A stretch of 64,000 nt of DNA from Octopus sinensis (GCF_006345805.1 NC_043001.1:17236001-17300000); one strand, 5' to 3'; shown: positions 23,540 through 37,811, counted from the stretch's first letter. Notes: generated from the letters alone by a model not told the origin. Made by a program: numbers and translations.

Positions 23540-23761
23540 TAGAGCACCGCCTTTTAGTCGAGCAAATCGACCCCAAGACTTATTCTTTGTAAGCCTAGTA
23601 CTTATTCTATCGGTCTCTTTTGCTGAACCGCTAAGTTACGGGGACATAAACGCAACAGCATCGGTTGTCAAGCGATGTTGGGAGGACAAACACAGACACA
23701 CACGCCCACACACACACACACCACACACACACACACACACACACCACACACACACACACAC

Positions 23762-23832
<71 letters not shown>

Positions 23833-23985
23833 GACGGGTTTCTTCCAATTTCCGTCTACCAAATCCACTCACAAGGCTTTGGTCGACCCGAAGTCATATT
23901 AGAAATCACTTGCCCAAGGTGCCACGCAGTAGGACTGAACCCGGTACCATGTGGTTGGTAAGCAAGCTACTTACCACGCCTGCGC
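23540..23985 (-). mobile_element. SINE family B
   Basis: Head and tail match the family. Confidence 0.8.
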
Positions 23986-24454
23986 CATATGCCTTACACC
24001 GAGAAATTATCTTCATGACAAAACACGGTGAATAGCTTGTTTACAGGTTCTAACGTGCTTTGAGCATATTCGAACTGGTATTAACGTTACAATGAAATTA
24101 CTGTGAAAAGTTCTGCGAGATTTTGAATTACATGAGTTTTAAACATGGTAACTCATTCTTTTTATTGCCGAGAAATATGGCAGACGGTAATTGGTCTTGT
24201 CAACAATCTTGTAAAGTTAAGATTTTTTTCATTGTATTTTCGATTTTTCTATTTTCTTAATAAATAAAAAATATTTAAAAGTCATTTAATGTCTTCTTAA
24301 ATTGCTTATAACAACATTTATGGCAAAAGTAAGTCTCTGCTTGCAGAAAAGGAATAGAAAATTCGTTCATTAAAGAGTTAATTGCTTTTGTCCTTCCATT
24401 CATTTCTTCATATGTTTTTATCTATCGTTTACTGTGCAAGAGCAAGAGCAGGAG

Positions 24455-25155
24455 CAGCCTTGTGAGTGGATTTGGTAAACGGAAACTGAAAGAAGCCCGT
24501 CGTATATATGTATATGTATGTATGTGTGTATGTGTTTGTCTGTCTTTGTTTGTCCCCCCAACATCGCTTGACAACCGATGCATGTGTGTCTACGTCCCCG
24601 TAACTTAGCGGTTCGGCAAAGAGACCGATAGAATAAGTACTAGGCTTACAAAGAATAAGTCCTGGGGTCGATTTGCTAGATTAAAGGCGGTGCTCCAGCA
24701 TGGCCACAGTCAAATATATGAAACAAGTAAAAGAGTAAAAAGAGAGAGTATAAGAGTGTAGACGTAGCAGTGGCTATGTGGCAAGTAGTTTGCTTACCAA
24801 TCACATCGTTCTAGGTTCAGTTCCAATGCGTGACACCTTGGGCAAGAGTCTTCTACTATAGCCTCGGGCCGACCAAAGCCTTGTGAGTGGATTTGGTAGA
24901 CGGAAACTGAAAGAAGCCCGTCGTATATATGTATATATATGTATGTGTGTGTATGTGTTTGTCCCCCCAACATCGCTTGACAACCGATGCTGGCGTGTTT
25001 ACGTCCCCGTAACTTTGCGTTTCGGCAAAAGCGACCGATAGAATAAGTACTAAGCTTACAACGAATAAGTCCTGGGGGTCGATGTGCTCGACTAAAGGCG
25101 GTGCTCCAGCATGGCCACAGTCAAATGACTGAAACAAGTAAAAGAGTAAAAGAGT
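24455..25155 (+). mobile_element. two SINE family B copies in tandem
   Basis: Bodies at 24455-24745 and 24770-25155. Confidence 0.8.
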
Positions 25156-25167
25156 ATGTTGGGAAGG

Positions 25168-25550
25168 AAGCACTCCGTCGGTTACGACGATGAGGGTTCC
25201 GGTTGATCCGAATCAACGGAACAGCCTGCTTGTGAAATTAACGTGTAAGTGGCTGAGCACTCCACTGACACGTGTACCCTTAACGTAGTTCTCGGAGATA
25301 TTCAGCGTAACACAGAGAGTGACAAGGCCGGACCTTGAAATACAGGTACAACAGAAACAGGAAGTAAGAGTGAGAGAAAGTTGTGGCGAAAGAGTACAGC
25401 AGGGATCACCACCATCCCCTGCCGGAGACTCATGGAGCTTTTATGTGTTTTCGCTCAATAAACACTCACAACGCCCGGTCTGGGAATCGAAACCGCGATC
25501 CTATGACCGCGAGTCCGCTGCCCTAACCACTGGGCCATTGCGTCTCCACA
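25168..25550 (-). mobile_element. SINE family A, tail type 1
   Basis: Reverse complement of 1158-1542. Confidence 0.85.
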
Positions 25551-26370
25551 AAAGAATATATTAATGCCTCGTTGGAAGGCCATAGTTGATATTATTCATT
25601 AGGACAGATATTCGGTTTACATCTTCAGGCTGAATTATTTGTAACTGCTGGGCTAATTCATTTCTCGCAGATAAGCTTCAAGCACGTCTGTGTAGGTTTG
25701 GTGGGGTTTATTACTCGTGGTATTTGGGGTTTCATATTACGAAACTCGTGTCAGTCTTGTGTATTAAATACTTAATCACTTAATGGTTTCAAAAAATGAA
25801 GAAGCAATTATTCCGGTAATTTTTAATGAAGATATAATATATCTGTGTGATTATTTGTGGCATAGAAAGGTCCTGGGTGGTTGTAATTAAGACCAAACTA
25901 TCCGTCTTGTTTCGAAATGACCATCTGTGTTTAATATACGCTGAAAACTATTCTATTCCTGGAAAAATAAGTTTTCTCAGAAATAACATGTTAGTTTGCC
26001 TAGAAATAACATGCCAGTTTATAACAGGTATTCCGTCGGTTACGACGAGTGTTCCAGTTATTCTGATTAACAGAACAGCCAGCTCGTAAAATTAACGTGC
26101 AAGGGGTTGAGCATTTCACAGACACACGTACCCTTAAAGTAGATTAAGGACACAAGATGTGTCAATCTTGGCCCTTTGAAATACAGCTATTACTCATTTT
26201 TGCCAGGTGGATGGACTGGAACAACATGAAATAAAGGACACAACATGCCATCGGGAATCGAACTCACAACCTTACGATCTTGAGCCGAATGCCCTAACCA
26301 CTATTCCACATTGTCAAGCGATGTTGGGGCGACAAACACAGACACACAAACATATACACACACGCACACA

Positions 26371-26476
<106 letters not shown>

Positions 26477-27983
26477 TACATATATACGACGGACTTCTTT
26501 CAGTTTCCGTCTACCAAATTAGTAGTTTGGCAAAAGAGACTGATAGAATAAAGTACCAGGCTTTAAAAGAAGTACTGGCACCGAAAGTACTGGGGTTTGA
26601 TTCATTCAACTAAGAACTCTTCAAGTTACTGCCCCAGTATGGCCGCAGACTAATGACTAAAACAAATCAAATATATTAAGTATAGGATACAAGTTAATGC
26701 AATTTGAAATCCTGTCTTTCTACAAGTGAGGCATAACACCTAAAATCTTTGGGAAAGAGGGCTAGTCGATTAAATTGACTTCAGTGCTAAACTGATCCTT
26801 GTCTTATCGAACCCCCGAGAGGAATTAAAGGCAAAGTTGTCTACAGCACAGTTTGAACTCTTGTCCGGCGTGCTAACCAGTCTGCAAGTTCGTTACCTTA
26901 ATATCCTTTAAAATTATTAAAATACTTTAAAACGAAAAGTTATTTCAATTCGGTAGTATAAAATAGTAGTTCTCATATCTGACTTTGAGGGCGTTGTGGA
27001 GCACCACACGTGAAAAAATTACTGGTACATAAAAATAAAAGAATTGTCAGCGCAATTCGTGTGAAAGCTTAAAAAATATTTTGAAGTTAAACAGTTAGAA
27101 AAAATAGAAAAGTACAGATTAACTCGTTTTATGCATCATACTTGTGTTTTAAGAAAATTGTAAATAACATGTTTTTTAAAACGCTTAGGGATTATCATAA
27201 TTTCTAAATCCTTAAATTATAGTTTTAAACTTCCCAGTGCATCTAGATAGCCCCACAGCGCACTTTTTGAAGACTACTAGTGCAGAGAGATGTCAATGGC
27301 GGTCTCAAGGAAATACGGAAGCCCAAATGGTTACTAACGAAACTGATGGACCCATTGGAAGTGATAGAAAAGAGGCTGAGGGTGTCTGGGACTTATACTG
27401 GTGATGAAAGATGTGTGGAAGACTATAAAAAGATAGATTAGCGATAAAACATTAATAAAGCTGGCGACAGTATTGTAAAAAAGCAAAATTAATAATTAAG
27501 TAAATAATAAAACAGGTAATACGAAAATACAAAATTATCAAGTATTTCACAGCTTTGTGGTTATTTTTGCATTTATAAATATCAAATCTATCGCCATCAA
27601 TGTTTTATTTCCTATTCTTTTTATGGTCTTCCATACTTCAACACTTCTACGAGCTATAGGCATCTCTATGTTATCTCTGTCAGTTTAAATGTATACTTCG
27701 TGAATAACCTTAATCATTTCATTAAGGGTTTCCATATCTTCCCGACACGGCTAAAATCTTATCTCTAACACAGCGATACTTAATAATTTTTCAACCTTAA
27801 TCATTTTAAAAAGCATTAACTTGTTTTATATTTTAATATGCATCTCATACTTTGCATTTAAACATTGTAAATTTAATCCCTGTAATTATATGTGTATTAA
27901 AATTCAATCGTTTTAATCCTTTTAAAACACTCTAAGTTATCTTTTAAACTTTAAATTGTATTAACTAATTTTGGGTTTTAATA

Positions 27984-28320
27984 TACGAGGAAGTACCCGA
28001 AAGAAACCGGAATTTTGCAATATTTTTTCATTCACTTGGTTTCACATGTTTACACTTTTATCACCTTCGAAGTATTCTCCATTTGAAACAATGCATCGGT
28101 GCAGGCGCGATTCCACTGTTCGAAGCAGTCCTGGAACTCTTGCGAAGCGATGCCTTTTAACGCCACCTTCATATTTTTCTTCACCTCTTCGACATCAGAA
28201 AAAACGTTTTCCTTTCAGGACTTTTTTCCTTCGAGGGAACAAAAAAAGTCCCAGGGAGCAAGATCACTAGGATAAGGAGGGTTGGTAAGAGGGGTCATGC
28301 CATTTTTGGTTAAAAGTCTC
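27984..28320 (-). mobile_element. mariner transposase 3' remnant with terminal inverted repeat
   Basis: Minus-strand translation gives NPPYPSDLAPWDFF (YSPDLAP motif)..FSDVEEVK. TIR begins TACGAGG at 27984. Confidence 0.8.
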
Positions 28321-28371
28321 ATTCCTAAGATATTTTTCGATGTTGTTGTTATTATTATTATTATTATTATT

Positions 28372-28500
28372 CTATGTTTGACTTTTGCTTTACATTTGTA
28401 CAAGTTGGCTCCAAGTCTCACCCAGAGACCTCAAGAGACACCAGGTTGGAAGTTCATGTTGGTGTTATGCCTAGTGTGCCATATATTTGGTTTTATATTT
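28372..28500 (-). mobile_element. Dong/R4-like LINE 3'UTR fragment in (TAA)n
   Basis: Reverse complement of 54590-54714, flanked by TAA repeats. Confidence 0.85.
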
Positions 28501-29084
28501 AGTGTTGTAGTTAGTGTTGTACTAGTGAATTATTATTATTATTATTATTAGGTCAATGCTTGGAATCGAACTTGAAATCTTGGGATTAGTAGCTTACGCT
28601 CTTAACCACTACGTAGTGGTAATGTAAATAATGTACATAATTCCTCATCTCTTAAATATAGAACTGTATTATCAGTATATATTGTTAATCATTATTAGTG
28701 GCTTAGTGGTTAGGACATTCGGCTCACGATTGTAAGGTCGTGGGTTCAATTCCCGGTGACGCGCTGTGCCCTTGAGCAAGACTCTTTATTTCGCGTTGCT
28801 CCAGTCCACTCAGCTGGCAAAAATGAGTAGTACCTATATTTCAAAAGACCAGTCTTGTTACACTGAGTCTCCTGAGAACTACGTTAAGGGTACACGTGTC
28901 TGTGGAGTGCTCAGCCACTTGCACGTTAATTTCACGAGCAAGCTTTGTTGATCGCATCAGCTGGAATTCTCGTTGTCGTAACCGACGGAGTGCTCTTGTT
29001 ATAGTATATATAACTGTTAATTATTATACTATTATTATTATTATTATTATAGTATTTTCAAATGTCGACTGACACTAATTTCTG

Positions 29085-30110
29085 AGTACAAATTCCGCCG
29101 AGGTCCGACATTGCATTTCAGCCTTTCGGGGTCGATAAATTAAGTACCAGTTGGCTCCCTCTCACCAAATTTCAGGCCTTGTGTCTATAGTAGAAAGGAT
29201 TATTGTAGTATTATTAAAGGCGGCGAGCTGGCAAAAACGTTAGCACGCCGGGCGAAATGCTAAGCGTTATATTAGTTCAAATCCCGCCGAGGTCGTCTTT
29301 GCCTTTCATCCTTTTGGGGTCGATTATGCACTGGAGTCGATATAATCGGCATAATCTGTTTGTCTGTCCTTTTTTGTTCTCTCTGTGTTTAGCCCCTTGT
29401 GGGTAGTAAAGAAATAGGTATTTCGTCTGCCGCTACATTCTGAGTTCAACTTCTGTCGAGGTGCGACTTTGCCTTTCATACATTCAGGGTCGATAAATTA
29501 CGTACCAGTTGCGTACAGGGGTCGATCTAATCGACTGGCCCCTCTCCCAATTTTCCTGGCCTTATGCCTAGTGTAGAAAGGATTATTATAGTATATATTG
29601 TTTGTTCCTTCTCGAGCCACGCCTGGCTCATAAGGGTCGGTTTCCCAGTTTCCTTTGCGTATAGGTTCCTCACCTGGACGGGACACCGGTCCGTCGCAGG
29701 TGAGCTGCAAGATTCAGGAGGAAAGAGTGAGAGAAAGTTGTGGCGAAAGAGTCAGCAGAAGTTCGCCATTACCTTCTGCCGGAGCCGCGTGGAGCTCAGA
29801 TGTTTCGCTAATAAACACTCACATCGCCCGGTCTGAGATTCGAACCCGCGATGCCGAGATTCGAACCACTAAGCCATGTGCTTCCACTATAATAATTGTT
29901 AATTATTATTAATATTAATATATTATCAGAGTGAAAGTTGGGATGAAAGAGTTCAACAGGGGTCGCCACTACCCCCTACCGAAGCCTTGTGGAGCTTTAG
30001 GTGTTTTCGCTCAATAAACACACACAACTCCCGGTCCGGGAATCGAACCCGCGATCCCTTGACCGCGAGTCCGCTGCTCTAACCACTAGGCCATGTGCTT
30101 CCACTATAAT
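29085..30110. mobile_element. SINE cluster (family C plus-strand multimer, family A-like minus-strand copies)
   Basis: Repeated Nin/Deu-like blocks at 29085-29570. Meta-like tail and family A heads at 29600-30100. Confidence 0.75.
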
Positions 30111-30744
30111 AATTGTTAATTATTATTATTATTATTATTATTATATTATCATTGTAGGAGGTGAGCTGATAGAATTGTTAGTGCATCGGACAGCAATGCT
30201 TAATGACATTTTTTTTCTGACTCTTTACATTTTGAGCTCAAATCCTGTTGAGATTAAGTTTTCCTTTCATTCTTTGGTGGTCGATAAAATAAAGTATCAG
30301 TCAAGTCCTGGGGTAGATGTAATCGAACTTACCTCCTCCCTTCAAAATTGCTGGCTTTGCGTCAAGGTTAGAAATAATTGCGAGGGGGAATGAGTAAGTC
30401 GATTACATCGATCCCAGTGCTTAACTGGTAATTATTTTATCGGCCCCGAAAAAAAAAAATGATAGGCAATGTCAACCGCAGCGGAATTCGAACTCAGAGC
30501 ATTAAGACAGACGAGACGCCGCTAAGACTTTCGCTCGGTTTGCTAACGCGTCTGCCAGCTTGTCGATTTACGTACTTCACAGTATAACTAGACATCTTTA
30601 CTTCTCAGCATACTCACCCACTCTTCTAAAGGCAGTTGTTCCACCTACGAACGAGGGCATGTGTCCCAGTTTGGTAGAAATCTGCTGGCTGCTGACTATG
30701 AGTAGATTTACTACTATAACTATTATAATTTATACTAAATACAC

Positions 30745-30935
30745 CGAAACTGTTGTAAAGAATTGGCTACGTCGGCAACCAGCTGAGTTTTGCGAAGCTG
30801 AGTTATATGCCCTTATTTGTAGGTGAAACTCTGTCATTGAAAGAGTTGGTGACTGTTGAGAAATAGGGGTGAGAACCTTGGATGTGTAGTTGTATTTTGA
30901 TGTACATTATGTTTGATTGTCTTCCTTACTTTTCA
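30745..30935 (+). mobile_element. mariner transposase C-terminal remnant
   Basis: ETVVKNWLRRQPAEFCEAELYALICR*NSVIERVGD resembles a mariner C-terminus (W...Q..EFY..GI..L..RW..CI...GDY). Confidence 0.6.
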
Positions 30936-30939
30936 TATT

Positions 30940-31351
30940 GGACCTTTTCGGTTTGAACGGCAGTTTTTTCTAGCGATGCCATATGAAATTTTCACCCATA
31001 ATTATGACCCTAGTATCGATCTATTGCATTTCAATCTGTTTTAGGGTTAGGGGTGGGGGGAAGGGTATTTTTTTTTCTTCACAAATGTAAATAAACCCAA
31101 TCTGTTTCTTAAACGAGGGACATATTCATACGGCACAGAATGTTTTTACCTCAATAGACGTTATTGATTAGTTGAAATTGCAGAAATTGAAGAAAAAAAA
31201 CAACAAATTATCTTACAAACTATAGAATTTTCTCAATAAATCCAAGAGAAAAAGATGTTTTATAAACACATTCTACCAGTATACGAAGTTTAAAAGTGTT
31301 TAGTTACGTGGAAATTATTTTAAAAAACTGTCGTTCAAACCGAAAAGATCC
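30940..31351. mobile_element. MITE with 30-bp TIRs
   Basis: GGACCTTTTCGGTTTGAACGGCAGTTTTTT versus its reverse complement at the right end (2 mismatches). Internal TTAGGGTTAGGG. Confidence 0.8.
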
Positions 31352-32134
31352 TTCGTATTAAACAAACTGTATTACTTTTGACTCACTATCGTACATTAGT
31401 ATTATATAAGTTAATATTACATTGGAGTTGTTTTAAAATTGCTCCTCCGTATAATACCAGAATAAATATCTTACAGTGTTTAGTTACATATTTTTCTCCC
31501 CTAAGTTCTAATCTTCCTGTGGTTGATTTTCTCATTCATCTTTTCGTGCTCAATAAAATAAACACCATTTGGATACCCTGGAGAGTTGAAATAATGGACT
31601 AAACCCTCCCTTAAGACAATAAGTGTTTGTATTTTGTTTCTTTGATACTAAACATGAAAACTGTGTTGTCACAATGGGGCATATGCTTTAAATCTAAGAC
31701 GATATGAAAGCTGTTTCATTTGATCGGGAGGAAGCCACTTGATTATGGCTACAAAGTTACACCTCGGTCTTTTGACGAAATGGTTGTGCGGTGTTCAATT
31801 CCATCCAAATGTCTGCTGTTTTTAAACTGTGCCTTACCCAACTGTTTTTGTGTTTCTAGCGCGAATACATTGGAAATGGCGAACTTTAAAATCTAAATCA
31901 AAATTTTTTATGAAGTTTTGGCAGAGAATGAGCAATGACAATAAAGGCCTATAACAGTATCAGATACACGAAAGGGTTTCTGCAATACGTGAAGTTCGAA
32001 ACGTAACTTGATTTTAGATAAATTGAAAGCATTTCACCGAGCTGACCCCCTCTAACAAGTGGCTGTACTAACTTCTCGAGTCAAGATAGCTTCATCACAT
32101 ACTGATATCTGATCATTGTCAGTGAGCATTTGTC

Positions 32135-32535
32135 TTATATGAAGAAAGGTTGAAGATGCTCGACCTTTATTCTCTCGAGAAACGACGGCGCCGTGGTGAT
32201 CTCATTCTCGCTCACATCATAAGCGGAAAGTGTAACCTCTCGAAAGAGCTGTTCTTCACTCCTGCTCCAGAGCGTCGGCTGCGGGGTCACTCCGAAAAGC
32301 TCTATCCACGACGATTTCATCTCAATCGAAGGAGAGGGGCTTTCTCCGTCCGGGTTGCGGATCCGTGGAATAAGCTGCCGGACGAAATAGTGAAGATGCC
32401 GACGACCGCTAAGTTCAAAGTCTCTCTTGACCACAAGTGGCCTGAACTCTTTACATGAACACCACCCTGTACATAACTCCATGTCCCCCTACATGGCCTT
32501 GCTTTTGCTTTTTGAGCCAAAAAATTGAATTAAAT
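32135..32535 (+). mobile_element. CR1/L2-like LINE 3' end, second copy
   Basis: Near-identical to 540-940. Confidence 0.9.
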
Positions 32536-32679
32536 TAAATAGTAAATGGCTACGTTTCGGAAGCGTTGTTCTGCAGAACAGCGCCTAAACTAAGATAATC
32601 TTCGCTAAACTAGAGAAGCTACAGTAATCGATGCTGGAGTTGAACAGGACAATCCGGATGTAACTTCATACCTATTTCT

Positions 32680-32905
32680 TTTCTACCCACAAGGAGCTAA
32701 ACACAGAGAGGACAAACAAGGACAGATAGAAGGATTAAGTCGATTACATCGACCACTGTACGTAACAGGTACTTAATTTATCGACCCCGAATGGATGAAA
32801 GGCAAAGTTGACTTCGGCGGAATTTGAACTCAGAACGTAACTGCAGACGAAATACAGCTACGCATTTCACCCGGCGTGCTAACGTTTCTGCCAGCTCGCC
32901 GCCTT
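32680..32905 (-). mobile_element. SINE family C
   Basis: Head and Nin/Deu-like block on the minus strand. Confidence 0.8.
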
Positions 32906-33422
32906 CCACAGAAGTAACTTTATACCACTTAGGTTTTCAGTCAGTTTATATGTATTGTTATCCTTATTCAAAAGAAAGCCATTCGACTGATTTTAAACTA
33001 TACTCAGCAATACATTACAGCTTATATCTTACATATTTACACTTTATTTTCTCTGTTTCTTGCGCTGCTGCTTTAACAACCCTTGCTCCTTTAAATTAGC
33101 AAAACTGCTTACCTTTTCACCCATGAACATCGAACCCACCAATCTAATCTGCTCCCATCAACTCTTTCTACAATGCACTTTCCAGGCGTGGCACGAAACG
33201 ATTCGCTTAATCTCGCCATTATTTAGAATTATCTCTTTATTTCCTCTCATGCCAATTTCTTTTCCCCTGCAGACATAAAAATCTACAGATGAGCAGAATA
33301 AACATCTCTGCACCAATCACACCAGCTTGAGTGGGTTGCAGACTAATGGACATTGACCCCCTCTCTTTTGGACAATCGCACATTAAAATACATACATGTC
33401 TGTGTATGTGTGCATGTATATA

Positions 33423-33574
<152 letters not shown>

Positions 33575-33626
33575 TATATATATATACATATATATATACA
33601 TATATATATATACTATATATATATAC

Positions 33627-33664
<38 letters not shown>

Positions 33665-33761
33665 GCATGTATGTATGTGTGTATGTATTTATCGGGAAAG
33701 CGACAGAGACATACACACAAACAGACAGACTGATAGATAGATAGATAGGTAGGTAGGTAGG

Positions 33762-33800
<39 letters not shown>

Positions 33801-33809
33801 GTAGATATG

Positions 33810-33880
<71 letters not shown>

Positions 33881-34258
33881 GTAGATAGACAGGCAGATAG
33901 ATAGATAGGTAGGTAGGTAGGTAGGTAGGTAGATACAGAAAACATAGAAAAATACAAAGAGCGCGGGTGGGGAGGAATATATAATTAAAACTGACTTCCT
34001 GTGCAATCATTCTATTTCTTTCATTTCCTTGTCGCCATTAAAAATGGAGTCGTTTGCTGTTGTTGATTTTGAACGACTTTTATCATTTTCTTTCTTCTTT
34101 CTTCCATTTCCTTTTATATTTCTTTCGGAATTTTTTTTTCTTCTTTACCACGTCCCAGTTTCCCGAGGAAACTAAAACGTTGGCCCTTTTGATTCGCGTT
34201 AATCCTGTTATTCCCACCCATCTTCCATAACATTTATACCACGATAAAAAAAATCCTC

Positions 34259-34292
<34 letters not shown>

Positions 34293-34389
34293 TTCTCTAT
34301 CCCTCTTCTTCCTCACCTTTCACATCCAGTGAAACTTGAAGACGATGGCAAACATAATTGGAAAGGAAAAAAAATATCTGACCTTAGCT

Positions 34390-34540
34390 TTTTTGGTATC
34401 ATGCTCTTTAATAGCATTTTTGCCATATCCACAAGACATACAAAAACTTCCTCACCATTCTTGTCAAAAAGAATGAGCCGATAGAATTTGTTGGCTGCTG
34501 GATCAGACAGTTCTAAACAAGGTGCCAAACATTCAACAAA
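34390..34540 (-). mobile_element. possible diverged Tx1 ORF2 C-terminal fragment
   Basis: FDKNGEEVFVCLVDMAK aligns without gaps to [17 protein letters not shown] of the Tx1 remnant at 61.0 kb. Confidence 0.35.
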
Positions 34541-34564
34541 AGAGATCTACACATGCTCAACTAT

Positions 34565-34870
34565 TTGTGTTTGTTCCTTCTCGAGCCATGCCTGGCTCAT
34601 AAGGGCCGGTTTCCCGGTTTCCTTGGCGTATAGGTTCCCCACCTGGACGGGATACCGGTCCTTTGCGGGTGAGCTGCTAGATGCAGGAGGAAAGAGTGAG
34701 AGAAAGTTGTGGCGAAAGAGTCAAGCAGAATTTCGCCAGTACCTTCTGCCGGATCTGCCTGGAGCTTAGGTGTTACGCTCATAAACACACACATCGCCCC
34801 TTCTGAGATTCGAACCCGTGATCCCTTGACCGTGAAACCGCTGCTCAAACCACTAGGCCATGTGCCTCCA
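34565..34870 (-). mobile_element. family A-related SINE with Meta-like tail
   Basis: Matches the plus-strand copy at 36055-36350. Confidence 0.8.
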
Positions 34871-35084
34871 CATCGATGAGAATATACACCATGGACGCCA
34901 GTGTCATGTTTTTACATGAGTCAACAAATATCTTGGCCAAGTTAGATCCACTATATCTCCATCTTATACTTTTCTTGAACTGGTCACGTCTCTCTCCTAG
35001 GTGGCCGTTGTCCAGGACGGGCACTTTTGAAGTGCTCGTACTCTTGTCAGCTCTATCAGACCGGGAGGTTAGCTTTAACTGAGA

Positions 35085-35851
35085 CTAGCACTATGACCCG
35101 ACAAGTGGAGGTGCAATGGCCCAGTGGTTAGGGCAGCGGACTCGTGGTCATAGGATCGCGGTTTCGATTCCCAGACCGGGCGTTGTGAGTGTTTATTGAG
35201 CGAAAACACCTAAAAAGCTCCACGAGGCTCTGGCAGGGATGGTGGTGATCCCTGCTGTACTCTTTCACCACAACTTTCTCTCATTCTTACTTCCTGTTTC
35301 TGTTGTACCTGTATTTCAAGGGGCCGGCCTTGTCACTCTCTGTGTCACGCTGAATATCCCCGAGAACTACGTTAAGGGTACACGTGTCTGTGGACTGCTC
35401 AGCCACTTACACGTTAATTTCACGAGCAGGCTGTTCCGTTGATTCGGATCAACCGGAACCCTCATCGTCGTAACCGACGGAGTGCTTCCACTATGACCCG
35501 GCAACGCGGGGTCATAGTGCTAGTGCATGCATATACAGCTGCGTGCGTGCGCACATACACGCGAGTACTGTCCAAATCTCCAACCAATCACATACAGCTA
35601 GCTGGCATTCAATTAGCGTATCAAGTTTCGTGCTTTTTGATTGGGTCTTGGATAGAACATTCACAAAAATGTCACTTCTATTTATTTTTTAATGGCTTTG
35701 TGGGGTGACTAGGGAAATGTAAAGATGTGCACGACCACCCGTGGACGGTTTTGAATGACCATAGAAAGTGCGAGCATTCTAACTGAAAAATTGTGGATTT
35801 GTATAAAGGACACACATACAGACATTTTGCCGTTTATATATATAAAGAGAT
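35085..35851 (-). mobile_element. Helentron/DINE-1-like non-autonomous element interrupted by a SINE
   Basis: Terminal hairpin CTAGCACTATGACCC-GGCAACG-(C)GGGTCATAGTGCTAG at one end and ATCTCTTTATATATATAAA at the other. A second copy lies at 62128-62462. Confidence 0.6.
35101..35488 (+). mobile_element. SINE family A, tail type 1
   Basis: 12-bp TSD CACTATGACCCG at 35089-35100 and 35489-35500. Confidence 0.9.
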
Positions 35852-36054
35852 ATACAACGTGGTCGAAACACTGCGGTTGTCTCAAAGTTCCGTTGCATCG
35901 GTATACCGAAGAATCATGTGAAAAAATATAAACTAAAAGGAGATGATTTATAATGAAAAATGACTGCAAACAGATATTCACTTTCGAATCTTCAAAAGTG
36001 TATTAAAACTGAATAGATTGCCGGAAAAAAAAATTGTAAGGTATATTCTCATCG

Positions 36055-36350
36055 ATGTGGCGGCACATGGCCTAGTGGTTAGAGCAGCGGTTTCACGGTC
36101 AAGGGATCACGGGTTCGAATCTCAGAACGGACGATGTGTGTGTTTATGAACGAACAACATCTAAGCTCCACGCTGCTCCGGCAGAAGGTAATGGCGAACT
36201 TTTACAGACTCTTTCATCACAACTCTTTCCTCCTGCATCTAGCGTCTCACCTGCGAAGGATCGGTGTCCCGTCCAGGTGGGGAACCTATACGCCAATGAA
36301 ACTAGGAAACCGGCCATTATGAGCCAGGCATAACTCGAGAAGGAACAAAC
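36055..36350 (+). mobile_element. family A-related SINE with Meta-like tail
   Basis: A- and B-box head, tail CCCGTCCAGGTGGGGAACC..GAAACCGGCC. Confidence 0.8.
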
Positions 36351-36861
36351 ACGAACAACATTCTCATCGATACAAAAGTTTCCTTTAAGTCATATGCAAA
36401 TAACAAGTATGGAGACATCTCTGTCACGAAAGAAATAACGATCTTTTATTAAAAAGATATCATATTAATGCAACAGTATACGATTTATATCAATTTACTG
36501 TTTTGCTCTTGAAACTAAAACTTGTTTACATATCATTCAGCGACATATTTCGGATTTGAATGACGGTGAAAAGTCAACTAGCCATGCGTTTATACTATCA
36601 GAGAAAGAAAGAAAGAGGGAGAGAGAGAGAGGGAGAGAAAGAAAGAAGGATAGAGAAAGAGAGAGGAATATATATATATATTACAAATAAGAAATGGAGA
36701 AGCACATTAGTTGGTTCATCAGCTTTAGGATATTAAAATGTTGACTTAAATTTATCAAAACGAGAACCATAATAACATACATACATATAGTATATTATTC
36801 AATGCATATAAGATGAGAATGCAAGTGGTTATTAAAAAACATGAATATGAATTATTAAAAT

Positions 36862-36986
36862 CACTTACAGCTGTTTCAGCCTATAAATAATAGTAACTCA
36901 TTGTGCCTATATAAGTCAAGTGTATTGAGGTGGTAGGCAGTTGAAAATGAGGTACTTATATATATCCCTAGGCCTCGTCAGATATT
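36862..36986 (-). ncRNA. minimal hammerhead ribozyme-like motif (Penelope type)
   Basis: Intact core CUGACGA, stem II GGCCUA/UAGGCU and GAAAC-AGCU-GUA. Stem I is poor. Confidence 0.5.
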
Positions 36987-37123
36987 ATAAAGTACAATCA
37001 AAAAGATAAATATATGACACAAGATGCACGCACAATTTAATATATACATATATACATACATACATACATACATACATAAGCACATATATACACATATACC
37101 TGTACATACACACACACACACAC

Positions 37124-37201
<78 letters not shown>

Positions 37202-37773
37202 ACGTACGCACGCACATTGAATCCTGATTTACTTAGATTATCTTTGCCTATTAGACGGAGAAAATTAGCAAAAGGCAAATGAGGAAATAGTCCAAAGAAT
37301 CAAGAATTCTTCAATGATGAACTACCAATAAAGAAACGGATATGATTATTGTTTTGAGATAGGAGGACAGTCTTGGACACGTCTTGCGGAGTTATCAGCA
37401 TGACAATTTTCTTAACTTGTCTCCAGCAGCTAAGGATCTTAGACATGCACAAAATGAGTAGAACGCATCTATGGCTTAAGTAATTTGCATGATTTAAACA
37501 AACAATGGTGTAAAAGAAATAACTGAGAATGGCCAGTGGCATGTATATGAACTACATAGAATAATACAGGTGTATCAGATACCATAGAATATAAATTATT
37601 GGATTATCAGCTCCGTCTCCAGGGGATGTCTCACAATTACCACATGGCAAATTGAAACAGTTCCATGCGAGAGGGGGAGATGTTCTCAAGGATCAAGAAT
37701 TCTCCGAAGTTGACATATCATTAAAAAAAGAACAGACAGACAGACAGGCAGACAGACAGGCAGACAGACAGAC

Positions 37774-37811
<38 letters not shown>

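Noticed and set aside
30985-31060. TTAGGGTTAGGG telomere-like motif
   Set aside because: Only two units, internal to a MITE.
34313-34528. Possible host exon (AAG|GTGAGG donor on the minus strand)
   Set aside because: No partner exons found, and it is better explained as a diverged Tx1 ORF2 fragment.
37260-37720. Two short similar segments (KNQEFFND / KDQEFSEV) that look coding
   Set aside because: Stops in all frames and no recognisable family.
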